Positions 1 to 8,931 of a DNA stretch of 64,000 bases are shown in pieces. A model generated the notes under the pieces. It worked only from the letters and a program-made list of their open reading frames with translations, was not told where the DNA came from and searched no databases. The stretch spans positions 33,814 through 97,813 of the forward strand of contig JAKSVI010000001.1 in assembly GCA_024408095.1 (NCBI GenBank), in the 5' to 3' direction. Position 1 is the first letter of the stretch; each line of letters begins with the position of its first letter. The position numbers and the translations under genes are program-made. This DNA comes from Bacilli bacterium. Its GTDB lineage: Bacteria > Bacillota_I > Bacilli_A > RFN20 > CAG-826.

Positions 1-1296
1 CACGGAGTCGACGATTTAAATCCTGTTTCATATAACTGGGGGTATGATCCAATTTCATATTTTGCGTTAGAAGGAAGCTATGCTAAAGATCCAGCCAATC
101 CGTTATCTAGACTTCTTGAATTTAGAAAAATGGTGGATGAACTTCACAAAAACGGGATAAAAGTAATAATCGATGTTGTTTACAATCATATCTATGATTA
201 CAAGACATCTTATTTGGAAAAAACATACCCTGGTTTTTATTTTAGAAAATATAAAGATGGAAAGATGGATTTATCTTCTGGTTGTGGAAATGTTATTGCA
301 AGTGAAAAACCATTTGTAAGAAAAATGATTTTAGATTCACTTAGATATTTATTAGAAACATTTGATGTTGATGGTTTTCGTTTTGACTTAATGGGTCTAA
401 TAGATATTACCACAATAAAAGAGGCGGAAAAAATGGTTCGTTCCATTAAACCAGATTCATTATTTTATGGCGAAGGTTGGAATATGGGTGACATTTTGAA
501 AAATAATGAAAAGGCCTCTAGTGACAATGCTAAAAAATTACCAGGTGTAGGTTTTTTCAACAATACATTCAGAGATCTCTTATGCGGATCAGCATTTGAT
601 AAAAAAGATGGTGGATTTATTAACGGCAAAGAGGAACTCGTCTATGATTTTGAGTATCATTTCTTTGGTTCAACATTAAACATGAAATATCCTGGGAAAT
701 TTTTGAATCCACAGCAATCCATTAATTATGTTGAATGTCATGACAATCACACAGTTTTCGATAAAATTAAGATGGCATCTGGAGAAGATGATGAAACTGT
801 CTTGAACAAAATTAAATTTGCTAATGCTTTAACAATGTTTTCTTTAGGATACCCATTTTTTCACATGGGACAAGAAATTGGCCAAACAAAACATGAAAAT
901 GATAATACATACAATATAGCTAAAATTAATAACATGCGATGGGACATAGTTGATTCAAGATGGGATTATGTTAAATATTTTTGTGACTTAGTTAAATGTA
1001 GGTTTTCGTTATCTGAGTATGAATTAAGCGATTACGATGAAATCTGCAAGTCATTTTCATGTTCAATTATGCCCAATAATGTTTTTGCAGTAATTGTTGA
1101 TAGGAGTGTTTATAATTACACATTTGTTATTAATGCTTCAGAAAAAACTAAACCATATGAGTTTGATGATTATAAAACAATATATTTCACACCTAGCGGA
1201 TTGATATTTAAGCACAAAATGAAAGTAAAGAATTTCTTGGTGTCACCATATTCACTATACATAACTGTAAACGATAATAAATTTAAAGAGGAATAA
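1..1296 (+). CDS. pulA: Pullulanase type I (glycoside hydrolase family 13), C-terminal portion. The reading frame is open to base 1, so the 5' end lies upstream of the window.
   Basis: Frame 1 is open from nt 1 and reads HGVDDLNPVSYNWGYDPISYFA. GH13 conserved regions are present: YNWGYDP, DVVYNH, GFRFDLMG (catalytic Asp), EGW (catalytic Glu) and YVECHDNHT. Confidence 0.8.
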   Translation, partial: HGVDDLNPVSYNWGYDPISYFALEGSYAKDPANPLSRLLEFRKMVDELHKNGIKVIIDVVYNHIYDYKTSYLEKTYPGFYFRKYKDGKMDLSSGCGNVIASEKPFVRKMILDSLRYLLETFDVDGFRFDLMGLIDITTIKEAEKMVRSIKPDSLFYGEGWNMGDILKNNEKASSDNAKKLPGVGFFNNTFRDLLCGSAFDKKDGGFINGKEELVYDFEYHFFGSTLNMKYPGKFLNPQQSINYVECHDNHTVFDKIKMASGEDDETVLNKIKFANALTMFSLGYPFFHMGQEIGQTKHENDNTYNIAKINNMRWDIVDSRWDYVKYFCDLVKCRFSLSEYELSDYDEICKSFSCSIMPNNVFAVIVDRSVYNYTFVINASEKTKPYEFDDYKTIYFTPSGLIFKHKMKVKNFLVSPYSLYITVNDNKFKEE

Positions 1297-1297
1297 C

Positions 1298-2083
1298 ATG
1301 TCTAGAATTACTAATGTTGCGTTAAAATGTGCTCCTCGAATAATTAAAGACTATTTTAAATGGATGAATAAATATTCAAATCATCCTGAAAAATATCCAA
1401 TCAAAGAGAGATATTTTCAGCTTGTAAGTTTAACTAGATTTGTTATGAATAAATTAAAAATTGAAGTGATTTCTGAAGGATTAGAAAATTTACCAAAAGA
1501 AGCATCACTTATTGTTTCTAATCATCTATCGAGTGCGGATCCATTACCATTTTTTCAGGTAATAGATGAACCATGTACTTTTTTAGCAAAAGTAGAAATT
1601 GAAAAATTTCCTTTTGTGCCCAAATGCATCAAGTCTATTGGTGGTCTATTTCTTGACCGTGATAATTTAAAGCAATCTTTAAAAACAATGATGAAAATTC
1701 AAGATGACTTAACAGTAGGTGAAAAACATTGGATTATTTTTGCTGAAGGAACGAGAAATAAAGATCCTTTAAAAAACATGAAAGAATTTCATCATGGAAC
1801 TTTTAGACCCGCTGTGAAAGCGAAAAGACCAATTGTTCCTGCGGCATTATATGGCACTTTTAGAATGATAAAATCTAAACCCGTATTTAATTCATATCCA
1901 GTTCACATTAAATTTTTAAAACCAATTTATTATGAAGAATATAAAGATTTAACCACTGAACAAATAGCCAAAATGGTGAATGAGAGAATACAAAGAGAAG
2001 TTAGTTATTCACTTAGACAATTAGACCACAAAAAAATGACAAACGATAGCGCTCAAACATATAATATTTATAATATTATATAA
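1298..2083 (+). CDS. plsC: 1-acyl-sn-glycerol-3-phosphate acyltransferase
   Basis: Acyltransferase HX4D motif (SNHLSSADP) and FAEGTRN motif. 261 aa. Confidence 0.8.
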   Translation: MSRITNVALKCAPRIIKDYFKWMNKYSNHPEKYPIKERYFQLVSLTRFVMNKLKIEVISEGLENLPKEASLIVSNHLSSADPLPFFQVIDEPCTFLAKVEIEKFPFVPKCIKSIGGLFLDRDNLKQSLKTMMKIQDDLTVGEKHWIIFAEGTRNKDPLKNMKEFHHGTFRPAVKAKRPIVPAALYGTFRMIKSKPVFNSYPVHIKFLKPIYYEEYKDLTTEQIAKMVNERIQREVSYSLRQLDHKKMTNDSAQTYNIYNII

Positions 2084-3350
2084 TGTAATTTTTTCTCAAT
2101 CCTTTTGGGAAATGATTTTTTATAATTCTTCCATCGCTTTTGCCAAAGGATAGAGGAATATTTTTATATTTCAAAAGAATATAACCTTTTTTATCGCTAA
2201 CAAAAGGTAGCGTCATACCTTGAATGTATTGTTTCAAATCATTATCACTTAATTCAACTGCATTATCAAAAGTGCTTATAACATGAGATAAATTGTAGTC
2301 CAGTTTGATTAAATCTTTATCAATTTCTCCTATTTTGAAACCATATTTAATCACATTTAATTGTTTAAAATGTATGTTGCTTCTTAATCCAAATAAGAAA
2401 TTTCCAAATTTATTAATATGATATTTAGATAAAAACGGAAGCTGCTTGACATAATTATTTGAATTTCGTTCATAAATAGTCTCGTTTGAGATTCCAGGTT
2501 TAGTTATTTGACAGATATATTGTCCCTCACCTGGAAATTTATTGGACATAAGATGAACTCCTATGCCTTTATTTAAGAATAATGGATTAGCTATATCAAT
2601 TATTTGTGCATCGCTATTTAATAGTAAATAAGAAATTACATCTTCATCTTCTTCTTTGGAATATGAACAAGTTGAATAAGATAATATTCCTCCTGGTTTT
2701 AGCATTGAATAAGCGATTTTAATTAATTTTTTTTGCTCTTCTGCATATTTGAGCACTTTATTAATTGACCAATCTTCGATAAATTTTGGATCTTTTCTAA
2801 ACATGCCGCTGCCTGAACAAGGCGCATCTAAAATGATTTTGTCAAAGGTATTCATAAAAGATTCATATATTAAATCAAAATCGTTATTTGTGATGATTAC
2901 ATTATCAAGACCTAATCTTTCAATATTATTAGAAAGCTCGTAACATCTTTCCTTTGATATATCATTCGCAATAACAATTCCTTTACCTTTAATGTTTTGG
3001 GAGGCTTGAATAGTTTTTCCACCAGGAGCAGCGCACATATCTAAGACAAGATCATTATCGTTAAATTTTATCAAGGAGCTAACAACCATTGCGGAAGGTT
3101 CTTGAATATAGAAACACCCTAACGTGTGGTAGAAAGATTTACCTAGTTGGTAAGTTTTATTATCAAACATATATGCATGTTTTACTAAAGGATGTCTTTT
3201 AACATTTGGGTAAATATTTAAAAAAGTCTCATCACTCATTTTTTTAGAATTTAACAAAATTGCATGCAAATCTTCATTATTTAATGCGTTTTTTAAATCT
3301 ACAATTTCGTTTTTTGTTAAATAAGTCTCAAGATGCTTATAAAAATCCAT
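2076..3350 (-). CDS. NOL1/NOP2/Sun-family rRNA cytosine-C5 methyltransferase (RsmB/RsmF-like, no NusB domain)
   Basis: SAM-binding motif DMCAAPGGKT. Catalytic motifs DAPCSGSG and the TCS Cys. 424 aa with a C-terminal extension. Its 3' end overlaps plsC by 8 nt (convergent). Confidence 0.75.
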   Translation of the reverse strand: MDFYKHLETYLTKNEIVDLKNALNNEDLHAILLNSKKMSDETFLNIYPNVKRHPLVKHAYMFDNKTYQLGKSFYHTLGCFYIQEPSAMVVSSLIKFNDNDLVLDMCAAPGGKTIQASQNIKGKGIVIANDISKERCYELSNNIERLGLDNVIITNNDFDLIYESFMNTFDKIILDAPCSGSGMFRKDPKFIEDWSINKVLKYAEEQKKLIKIAYSMLKPGGILSYSTCSYSKEEDEDVISYLLLNSDAQIIDIANPLFLNKGIGVHLMSNKFPGEGQYICQITKPGISNETIYERNSNNYVKQLPFLSKYHINKFGNFLFGLRSNIHFKQLNVIKYGFKIGEIDKDLIKLDYNLSHVISTFDNAVELSDNDLKQYIQGMTLPFVSDKKGYILLKYKNIPLSFGKSDGRIIKNHFPKGLRKNYII

Positions 3351-3421
3351 ATAAATAATTTTAGCAAAAACTATTATAAAAATATATTTTTAATGTTAGT
3401 ATAGACAATGAGGTAATTCTT

Positions 3422-4723
3422 ATGAGAATGGTTGACCTAATTTGCAAAAAACGTGATGGACATGAATTAACAGATGAGGAAATTCGTTTTTGGATTTCAG
3501 AATATGTTAAGGATAGTGTTCCTGATTATCAATCTTCGGCTATGAATATGGCTATTTTATTTCGTGGTATGAACAAACGCGAAATAGCAACACTAACAGA
3601 TGCTATGGAACACAGTGGAACTGTTATTGATTTAAGTGCCATAGAAGGAATAAAAGTTGATAAGCATTCTACTGGAGGAGTTGGAGATAAAACAACATTA
3701 GTTTTAGCACCAATGGTTGCTGCGGTTGGAGCAAAAGTAGCTAAAATGAGCGGGCGTGGTTTAGGCCACACAGGCGGAACACTTGACAAACTTGAATCAA
3801 TTCCTGGCCTTTCAATTTCAAAATCTGAGCAGGAGATGATTAATCAAGTCAATAAAATTGGACTTGCTGTAATTGGACAAACTAGATCATTGGTCCCAGC
3901 TGATAAAAAATTATACGCATTAAGAGATGTTACCGGAACTGTGGAATCAATTCCATTAATCGCATCGAGTGTTATGAGTAAAAAATTAGCTTCAGGAACT
4001 GACGCTATTCTCCTTGATGTGACAGTTGGCAATGGGGCTTTCATGAAAAATTTGGAAACCGCAAGAGAATTATCAAAAACAATGGTTGAGATTGGAAAAT
4101 CTCTTAATAGAGATACAAAAGCCATAATTTCTGATATGAATGAACCATTAGGATTAGCAGTTGGAAATTCATTAGAAGTTAAAGAAGCTATTATGTCTTT
4201 ACACGGCAATGGACCAGATGATTTAATGGAACTTTGCTATTCAGCTGGTTCTATAATGCTTACCCAAGCAAAACTATGTAAAAATAGGGATGAAGCAAGA
4301 AAAAAACTTGAAGAAGTAATCAAGAATGGCGAAGCATTCAATAAATTTTTACTAATGGTTAAGGAACAAGGTGGAGATATTTCATATATCGAACATCCTG
4401 AAAAATTTGAAATAAGCAAAAATATTATCGAGATTAAATCTAAACAAAGTGGTTATGTTAAGAAGTGTGAAGCCTTAGATATTGGTGTTTCTGCTATGAA
4501 ACTTGGCGCCGGAAGAGAAACCATTGAAGACATAATTGATATGTCGGCAGGAATTATCTTAAATAAAAAAGTTGGATCTTATGTTAATATTGGCGATACC
4601 TTATGCACTGTTTATACAAATAAAGATAATGTTGATGACGTGCTAAAGGATATTGAAAACGCATACGAAATTACTAAAGAAAAAATCGAACCTATTAAAG
4701 TTATCAAAGAAGTTATTGAATAA
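3422..4723 (+). CDS. pdp: Pyrimidine-nucleoside phosphorylase
   Basis: 433 aa. Glycosyl transferase family 3 / thymidine phosphorylase motifs (STGGVGDKTTLVLAPMVAA). Typical N-terminus MRMVDLIxKKRDG. Confidence 0.85.
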   Translation: MRMVDLICKKRDGHELTDEEIRFWISEYVKDSVPDYQSSAMNMAILFRGMNKREIATLTDAMEHSGTVIDLSAIEGIKVDKHSTGGVGDKTTLVLAPMVAAVGAKVAKMSGRGLGHTGGTLDKLESIPGLSISKSEQEMINQVNKIGLAVIGQTRSLVPADKKLYALRDVTGTVESIPLIASSVMSKKLASGTDAILLDVTVGNGAFMKNLETARELSKTMVEIGKSLNRDTKAIISDMNEPLGLAVGNSLEVKEAIMSLHGNGPDDLMELCYSAGSIMLTQAKLCKNRDEARKKLEEVIKNGEAFNKFLLMVKEQGGDISYIEHPEKFEISKNIIEIKSKQSGYVKKCEALDIGVSAMKLGAGRETIEDIIDMSAGIILNKKVGSYVNIGDTLCTVYTNKDNVDDVLKDIENAYEITKEKIEPIKVIKEVIE

Positions 4724-4735
4724 AGAAAAACTCGA

Positions 4736-6013
4736 TTAATTCGAGTTTTTTTGTGCTTTTAATTTTCTTAAATCGGACGTCCTTTTAATTTTTTTAAGCT
4801 TCTCATAATTCTCGTTAAGTATTTTTTCGTATGCACTTGGATTTGAGTTTGGCTCGTAAAATTTCATATCCTTTATCATTGTTGGTAAATATTGAATTTT
4901 ATTCCATAGATCTGGCCGATCATATGGATATTTATCTTCCTCATCAACATTTACGGGTGTTAATTTTAAATAATCCATTACTGTCATAGGATGGTGTTCG
5001 GCATAATCCATAGCTTTATGAATAGCTAAACATGCTTTTTTACTTTTTGGTGATAGCGCTAAATCAACAACGGCAAATCCTAATGGAATAACAGCTTCTG
5101 GCAAACCGACCATTTCAGCAGCCTTGCATGCATTATATACTCTATCAACAGCTTGAGGATTTCCTAATCCTATATCTTCATAAGCGGTTACCGTTAATCT
5201 CCGAGTTATACTTTCTAAATCCCCAACAATACAAAGCCTTGCTAAATAATATAATGCCGCATCAACGTCTGATCCTCTGATGGATTTTTGTAATGCTGAT
5301 ACAGAATCGTAATGTTCGTTATCGTTTTCATCCATTTGCCAGTTAGGAACACGTAAAATTTTATTTACATCTTCTTTAGTGACGGTTTTTGATGATGAAG
5401 AGATATTAATAACTTCTAAGTAGTTTAAAGCATATCTCATATCGCCAGATGTCAATTTTGCTATAGTTTGTAATGATTCATCAGTAAATTTTTTATCTGT
5501 TTTTAAACCATCTTTATGTTTCAAAGCTCTCTTCAATCCGTTCACTATATCAGCGTTTTCTAAAGGCTTTACCTCACACAAATGACATCTGCTTCTTATC
5601 GCTTTATTAATAGCAAAATAAGGATTTTGCGTAGTCATTCCAAGCAAATAAATTGTGCCATCTTCAATATAAGGAAGTAGGATATCTTGTTTATCTTTAT
5701 TCAGTCTATGAACTTCATCAAAAATGATGAATGCTTGAGGATACATTTTGCATTCTTCAATAGCGTTTTCTAAATCATTTTTATTGCTAGTGACAGCATT
5801 TAATTTTACATATTTAACACCCATATCTTCGGCGTAAGCCTCAGCAATTGTAGTTTTTCCACATCCTGGATTCCCATAGAAAATAATTGATAGCATAGTT
5901 CTGCTATGAACAGATTTTTTCAATAATCCTTCTGGTCCAACTAAATGAGGCTGGCCTATTACTTCATCAAGATTTTTGGGTCTTACTCTATACGCTAATG
6001 GTTTTAAGTTCAT
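4736..6013 (-). CDS. rarA: Replication-associated recombination protein A (AAA+ ATPase MgsA/RarA)
   Basis: Walker A GNPGCGKTT, Walker B IIFDEVHR and MgsA C-terminal helical domains. 425 aa. Confidence 0.85.
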   Translation of the reverse strand: MNLKPLAYRVRPKNLDEVIGQPHLVGPEGLLKKSVHSRTMLSIIFYGNPGCGKTTIAEAYAEDMGVKYVKLNAVTSNKNDLENAIEECKMYPQAFIIFDEVHRLNKDKQDILLPYIEDGTIYLLGMTTQNPYFAINKAIRSRCHLCEVKPLENADIVNGLKRALKHKDGLKTDKKFTDESLQTIAKLTSGDMRYALNYLEVINISSSSKTVTKEDVNKILRVPNWQMDENDNEHYDSVSALQKSIRGSDVDAALYYLARLCIVGDLESITRRLTVTAYEDIGLGNPQAVDRVYNACKAAEMVGLPEAVIPLGFAVVDLALSPKSKKACLAIHKAMDYAEHHPMTVMDYLKLTPVNVDEEDKYPYDRPDLWNKIQYLPTMIKDMKFYEPNSNPSAYEKILNENYEKLKKIKRTSDLRKLKAQKNSN

Positions 6014-6061
6014 ATCTAAAATTGATTATATCAATATTGTATAATTTTCTCTATAATATTA

Positions 6062-6520
6062 GTGATTATGAGAGTTTTATTACAAACTGTTAATGAAGCA
6101 CATGTTGAAATATCTAACAAATGCGTAGGTAAAATTAATAAAGGCTATCTATTATTAGTTGGCTTTACCGATACAGATAGTGAAGAAATTGTTACTAAAA
6201 TGGTGGATAAAATCCTCTCTTTACGTGTTTTTGCTGATGAAAATAGGCAAATTAATTTATCTCTTTATGATGTGAACGGTGACATACTATCTATAAGTCA
6301 ATTTACTCTTTATGCTGATGCTTCAAAAGGAAGAAGGCCCAGTTTCATAAATGCGATGAGGCCTCATGAAGCAGAAAATTTATATGATTTATTTAATAAA
6401 TTATTGGAACAAAAATATCGACCAATAGCCACTGGTGTATTTGGTGCTGATATGCAGGTATATTCCGACAATGATGGTCCATTTACACTTATTTTAGATA
6501 GTGAGGAACTTTTCAAATGA
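6062..6520 (+). CDS. dtd: D-aminoacyl-tRNA deacylase
   Basis: 152 aa. SQFTLY and NDGPFT signature motifs. The TGA stop overlaps the mnmA ATG (ATGA). Confidence 0.85.
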   Translation: MIMRVLLQTVNEAHVEISNKCVGKINKGYLLLVGFTDTDSEEIVTKMVDKILSLRVFADENRQINLSLYDVNGDILSISQFTLYADASKGRRPSFINAMRPHEAENLYDLFNKLLEQKYRPIATGVFGADMQVYSDNDGPFTLILDSEELFK

Positions 6521-7653
6521 GCAAAAAAGTTCTATTAGGATTATCAGGCGGAGTTGATAGTGCAGTTGCAGCTTATCTTTTAAAAAAACAAGGCTATGAT
6601 GTAACTGGTTGCTTTATGCGCAATTGGGATGCTTTGGCAAATGGTGATTATTTAGGCAATCCCACAATAAATAACGATCAATGTCCTCAAGAAAAAGATT
6701 ACGATGATGCAGTTTTAGTTGCGAAAAAACTCAATATTCCACTTCTAAGAATTGATTTCGTTAAAGAATATTGGGATGACGTGTTTTCATATTTAATTAG
6801 AGAATATCAATCAGGAAGAACCCCAAATCCCGATATTTTTTGTAATAAATATATTAAATTTGATGCTTTTTTAAAATTTGCATATAAAAATGGCTTTGAT
6901 ACTATCGCTATGGGACATTATGCCAAACGTGTTGATAAAAATAATACTGCTTATTTGCTAAAGGCATTTGATAAAAACAAAGATCAATCTTATTTTTTAA
7001 GTCAAATAAATCAAGAGCAATTATCTCATGCATTATTTCCTTTAGGTAATATCGATAAAACTGAAGTTAGAAAAATTGCGCATGAACTCAACCTTGACAG
7101 TGTGATGGACAAGAAGGATTCAACAGGAATATGTTTTATTGGTGAGCGCCATTTTAAAGAATTTTTAAAAAATTATATTCCAGCCCAAAAAGGAAAGATT
7201 ATCGATGTAGAAACTCAAAAAGTTATTGGAAATCACGATGGCGCTATGTATTACACAATTGGCCAGCGAAAAGGACTTGGTATTGGTGGAATACATGGAG
7301 AAATCGCAAAAGGATGGTTTGTTGTTAAAAAAGATATAAAGAAAAACATCGTTTATGTAGCTAGCGGTAGTGAAAATGACTATTTATTTTCTGACCGCTG
7401 CATCGTTACAAATATCAATTTTATTTCTGAAAAACCTAAAGATGGAGAGCATATTAATGTTAAATTCCGCTATAGACAATGTGATAACCCAGTGACAATA
7501 CATTATCTAAGTGATGATAAAATTGAATTAATTTTTGATGAACCATATAAAGCTGTGACACCTGGTCAAGCAGCAGTTTTTTATAAAGAAGAAATATGTT
7601 TAGGCGGTGGTCTAATTGACTCAACCTATTATAAAGAAAAGAGGACTGATTAA
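6517..7653 (+). CDS. mnmA: tRNA-specific 2-thiouridylase
   Basis: PP-loop SGGVDSAVAA. 378 aa. Typical MnmA Cys residues. Confidence 0.9.
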   Translation: MSKKVLLGLSGGVDSAVAAYLLKKQGYDVTGCFMRNWDALANGDYLGNPTINNDQCPQEKDYDDAVLVAKKLNIPLLRIDFVKEYWDDVFSYLIREYQSGRTPNPDIFCNKYIKFDAFLKFAYKNGFDTIAMGHYAKRVDKNNTAYLLKAFDKNKDQSYFLSQINQEQLSHALFPLGNIDKTEVRKIAHELNLDSVMDKKDSTGICFIGERHFKEFLKNYIPAQKGKIIDVETQKVIGNHDGAMYYTIGQRKGLGIGGIHGEIAKGWFVVKKDIKKNIVYVASGSENDYLFSDRCIVTNINFISEKPKDGEHINVKFRYRQCDNPVTIHYLSDDKIELIFDEPYKAVTPGQAAVFYKEEICLGGGLIDSTYYKEKRTD

Positions 7654-8664
7654 GTGGACAAAATTTGTATATTAGGAAGCGGTACTTGGGGTACTGCTTT
7701 AGCAAATAATTTAGCTGAAAAAGGATTAGAAGTTACCTTATGCTCAAAATTTAAAGAAGATAACGATAAATTAAAAGCAAGTCTCGAACATCCTAATTTA
7801 CCTGGGACAAAACTTAATAAAAACATAAATTTTGTTTATGAATTTTCAAAGGCAATTCCTGGAAATGATATTGTCTTATTTGCGGCCCCATCTATTTTTA
7901 TTAGAGAAAGTGCTGTCGAGGCTAAACCTTTTTTAAATGAAAACCAGATATTAGTATGTGTTGCTAAAGGTATTGAAGAAAACACTTTATTTACAATGAA
8001 CGAAGTCATCCAAGAAGTTGTAGGGGATAAATTTAAAATAGTGGCTTTATCAGGGCCTACCCATGCAGAAGAGGTTGTAAAAGGACTTCCGACATGTATC
8101 ACAGCCGCTTCATTTGATAGAGATGCAAGAAAATATATACAAAAAGTTTTCACGCATGATCAATTTCGTGTCTATACAAATAGTGATCCAAAAGGAGTTG
8201 AAGTTGGAGCAGCATTAAAAAACATTATTGCCTTAGCGTGTGGCATTTCTGATGGACTTGGATACGGCGATAACGCCAAAGCAGCAATTATAACTAGAGG
8301 TTTGTTTGAAATTACCAATCTTGGTAGAGCCATTGGCTGCGACCCTTTAACATTTTTGGGATTATCAGGCGTTGGTGATATAGTCGTTACAGCCATTTCT
8401 AATCATTCACGCAATCATAACGCTGGCTATTTAATTGGAAAAGGATATTCTGTTGAAGAAACATTAGCAAAGGTTGGAATGGTTGTTGAAGGAATTAACT
8501 CATTGAATTCCGCCATTAAACTTGCTGAGAAATATAATGTTGAAATACCAATTATTTCAACTGTTTATGACATTATTAAAAACGGAAAATCACCAAAAGA
8601 AAGCGTTAATGATTTATTTGCTAGAAAATTAATAGGCGAAAAAGTATTTCAAAGTAAAGAATAA
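7654..8664 (+). CDS. gpsA: NAD(P)H-dependent glycerol-3-phosphate dehydrogenase
   Basis: N-terminal Rossmann motif ILGSGTWGTALA. 336 aa. Confidence 0.9.
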   Translation: MDKICILGSGTWGTALANNLAEKGLEVTLCSKFKEDNDKLKASLEHPNLPGTKLNKNINFVYEFSKAIPGNDIVLFAAPSIFIRESAVEAKPFLNENQILVCVAKGIEENTLFTMNEVIQEVVGDKFKIVALSGPTHAEEVVKGLPTCITAASFDRDARKYIQKVFTHDQFRVYTNSDPKGVEVGAALKNIIALACGISDGLGYGDNAKAAIITRGLFEITNLGRAIGCDPLTFLGLSGVGDIVVTAISNHSRNHNAGYLIGKGYSVEETLAKVGMVVEGINSLNSAIKLAEKYNVEIPIISTVYDIIKNGKSPKESVNDLFARKLIGEKVFQSKE

Positions 8665-8689
8665 TTTTTATAGAAAATTAATATAAGTT

Positions 8690-8913
8690 TCGTTATTATA
8701 AGAATAATAGAGGGAACTAATTCCACAATGTCATTATAGAGAATCCGAGATGGTGGAAGTCGGATATGACTAATGGAAATGCCACTCCCTGACATACGGG
8801 TAATGCCGTCGAATTGTTAACGTAATTAACTTAATTAAGTGCTTAGCTCAATATAAGGGATAAGAAATAGGATGGTAACACGGCAATTGTCGTTCCTATA
8901 AGGAACTTTTTCT
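8690..8913 (+). promoter_or_regulatory. T-box riboswitch leader of alaS (tRNA-Ala sensing), including the terminator/antiterminator
   Basis: Conserved T-box sequence AAATAGGATGGTAACACGG at about 8862-8883. It is followed by a terminator hairpin GTTCC-TATA-GGAAC plus TTTTT (8891-8913). The upstream Stem-I-like region has AGAGA and a probable specifier GCC followed by A (GAAATGCCAC). It lies directly 5' of alaS. Confidence 0.75.
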
Positions 8914-8931
8914 GTATTGGAGTAAATTGTT

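Noticed and set aside
237-446. Short antisense or out-of-frame ORFs inside large annotated genes. Examples: 237-446, 3529-3789, 3844-4209, 9242-9604, 30138-30464, 32279-32665, 32684-32998, 51769-52203, 60015-60506.
   Set aside because: Each lies fully inside a well-supported conserved gene on the other strand or frame. They show low-complexity or hydrophobic junk composition with no RBS. They are typical spurious ORFs in AT-rich DNA.
6515-6520. Possibility of Mycoplasma/Spiroplasma genetic code (TGA = Trp).
   Set aside because: TGA terminates several conserved genes at their expected lengths (for example dtd at 6518-6520) and Trp is encoded by TGG throughout. The standard bacterial code applies.
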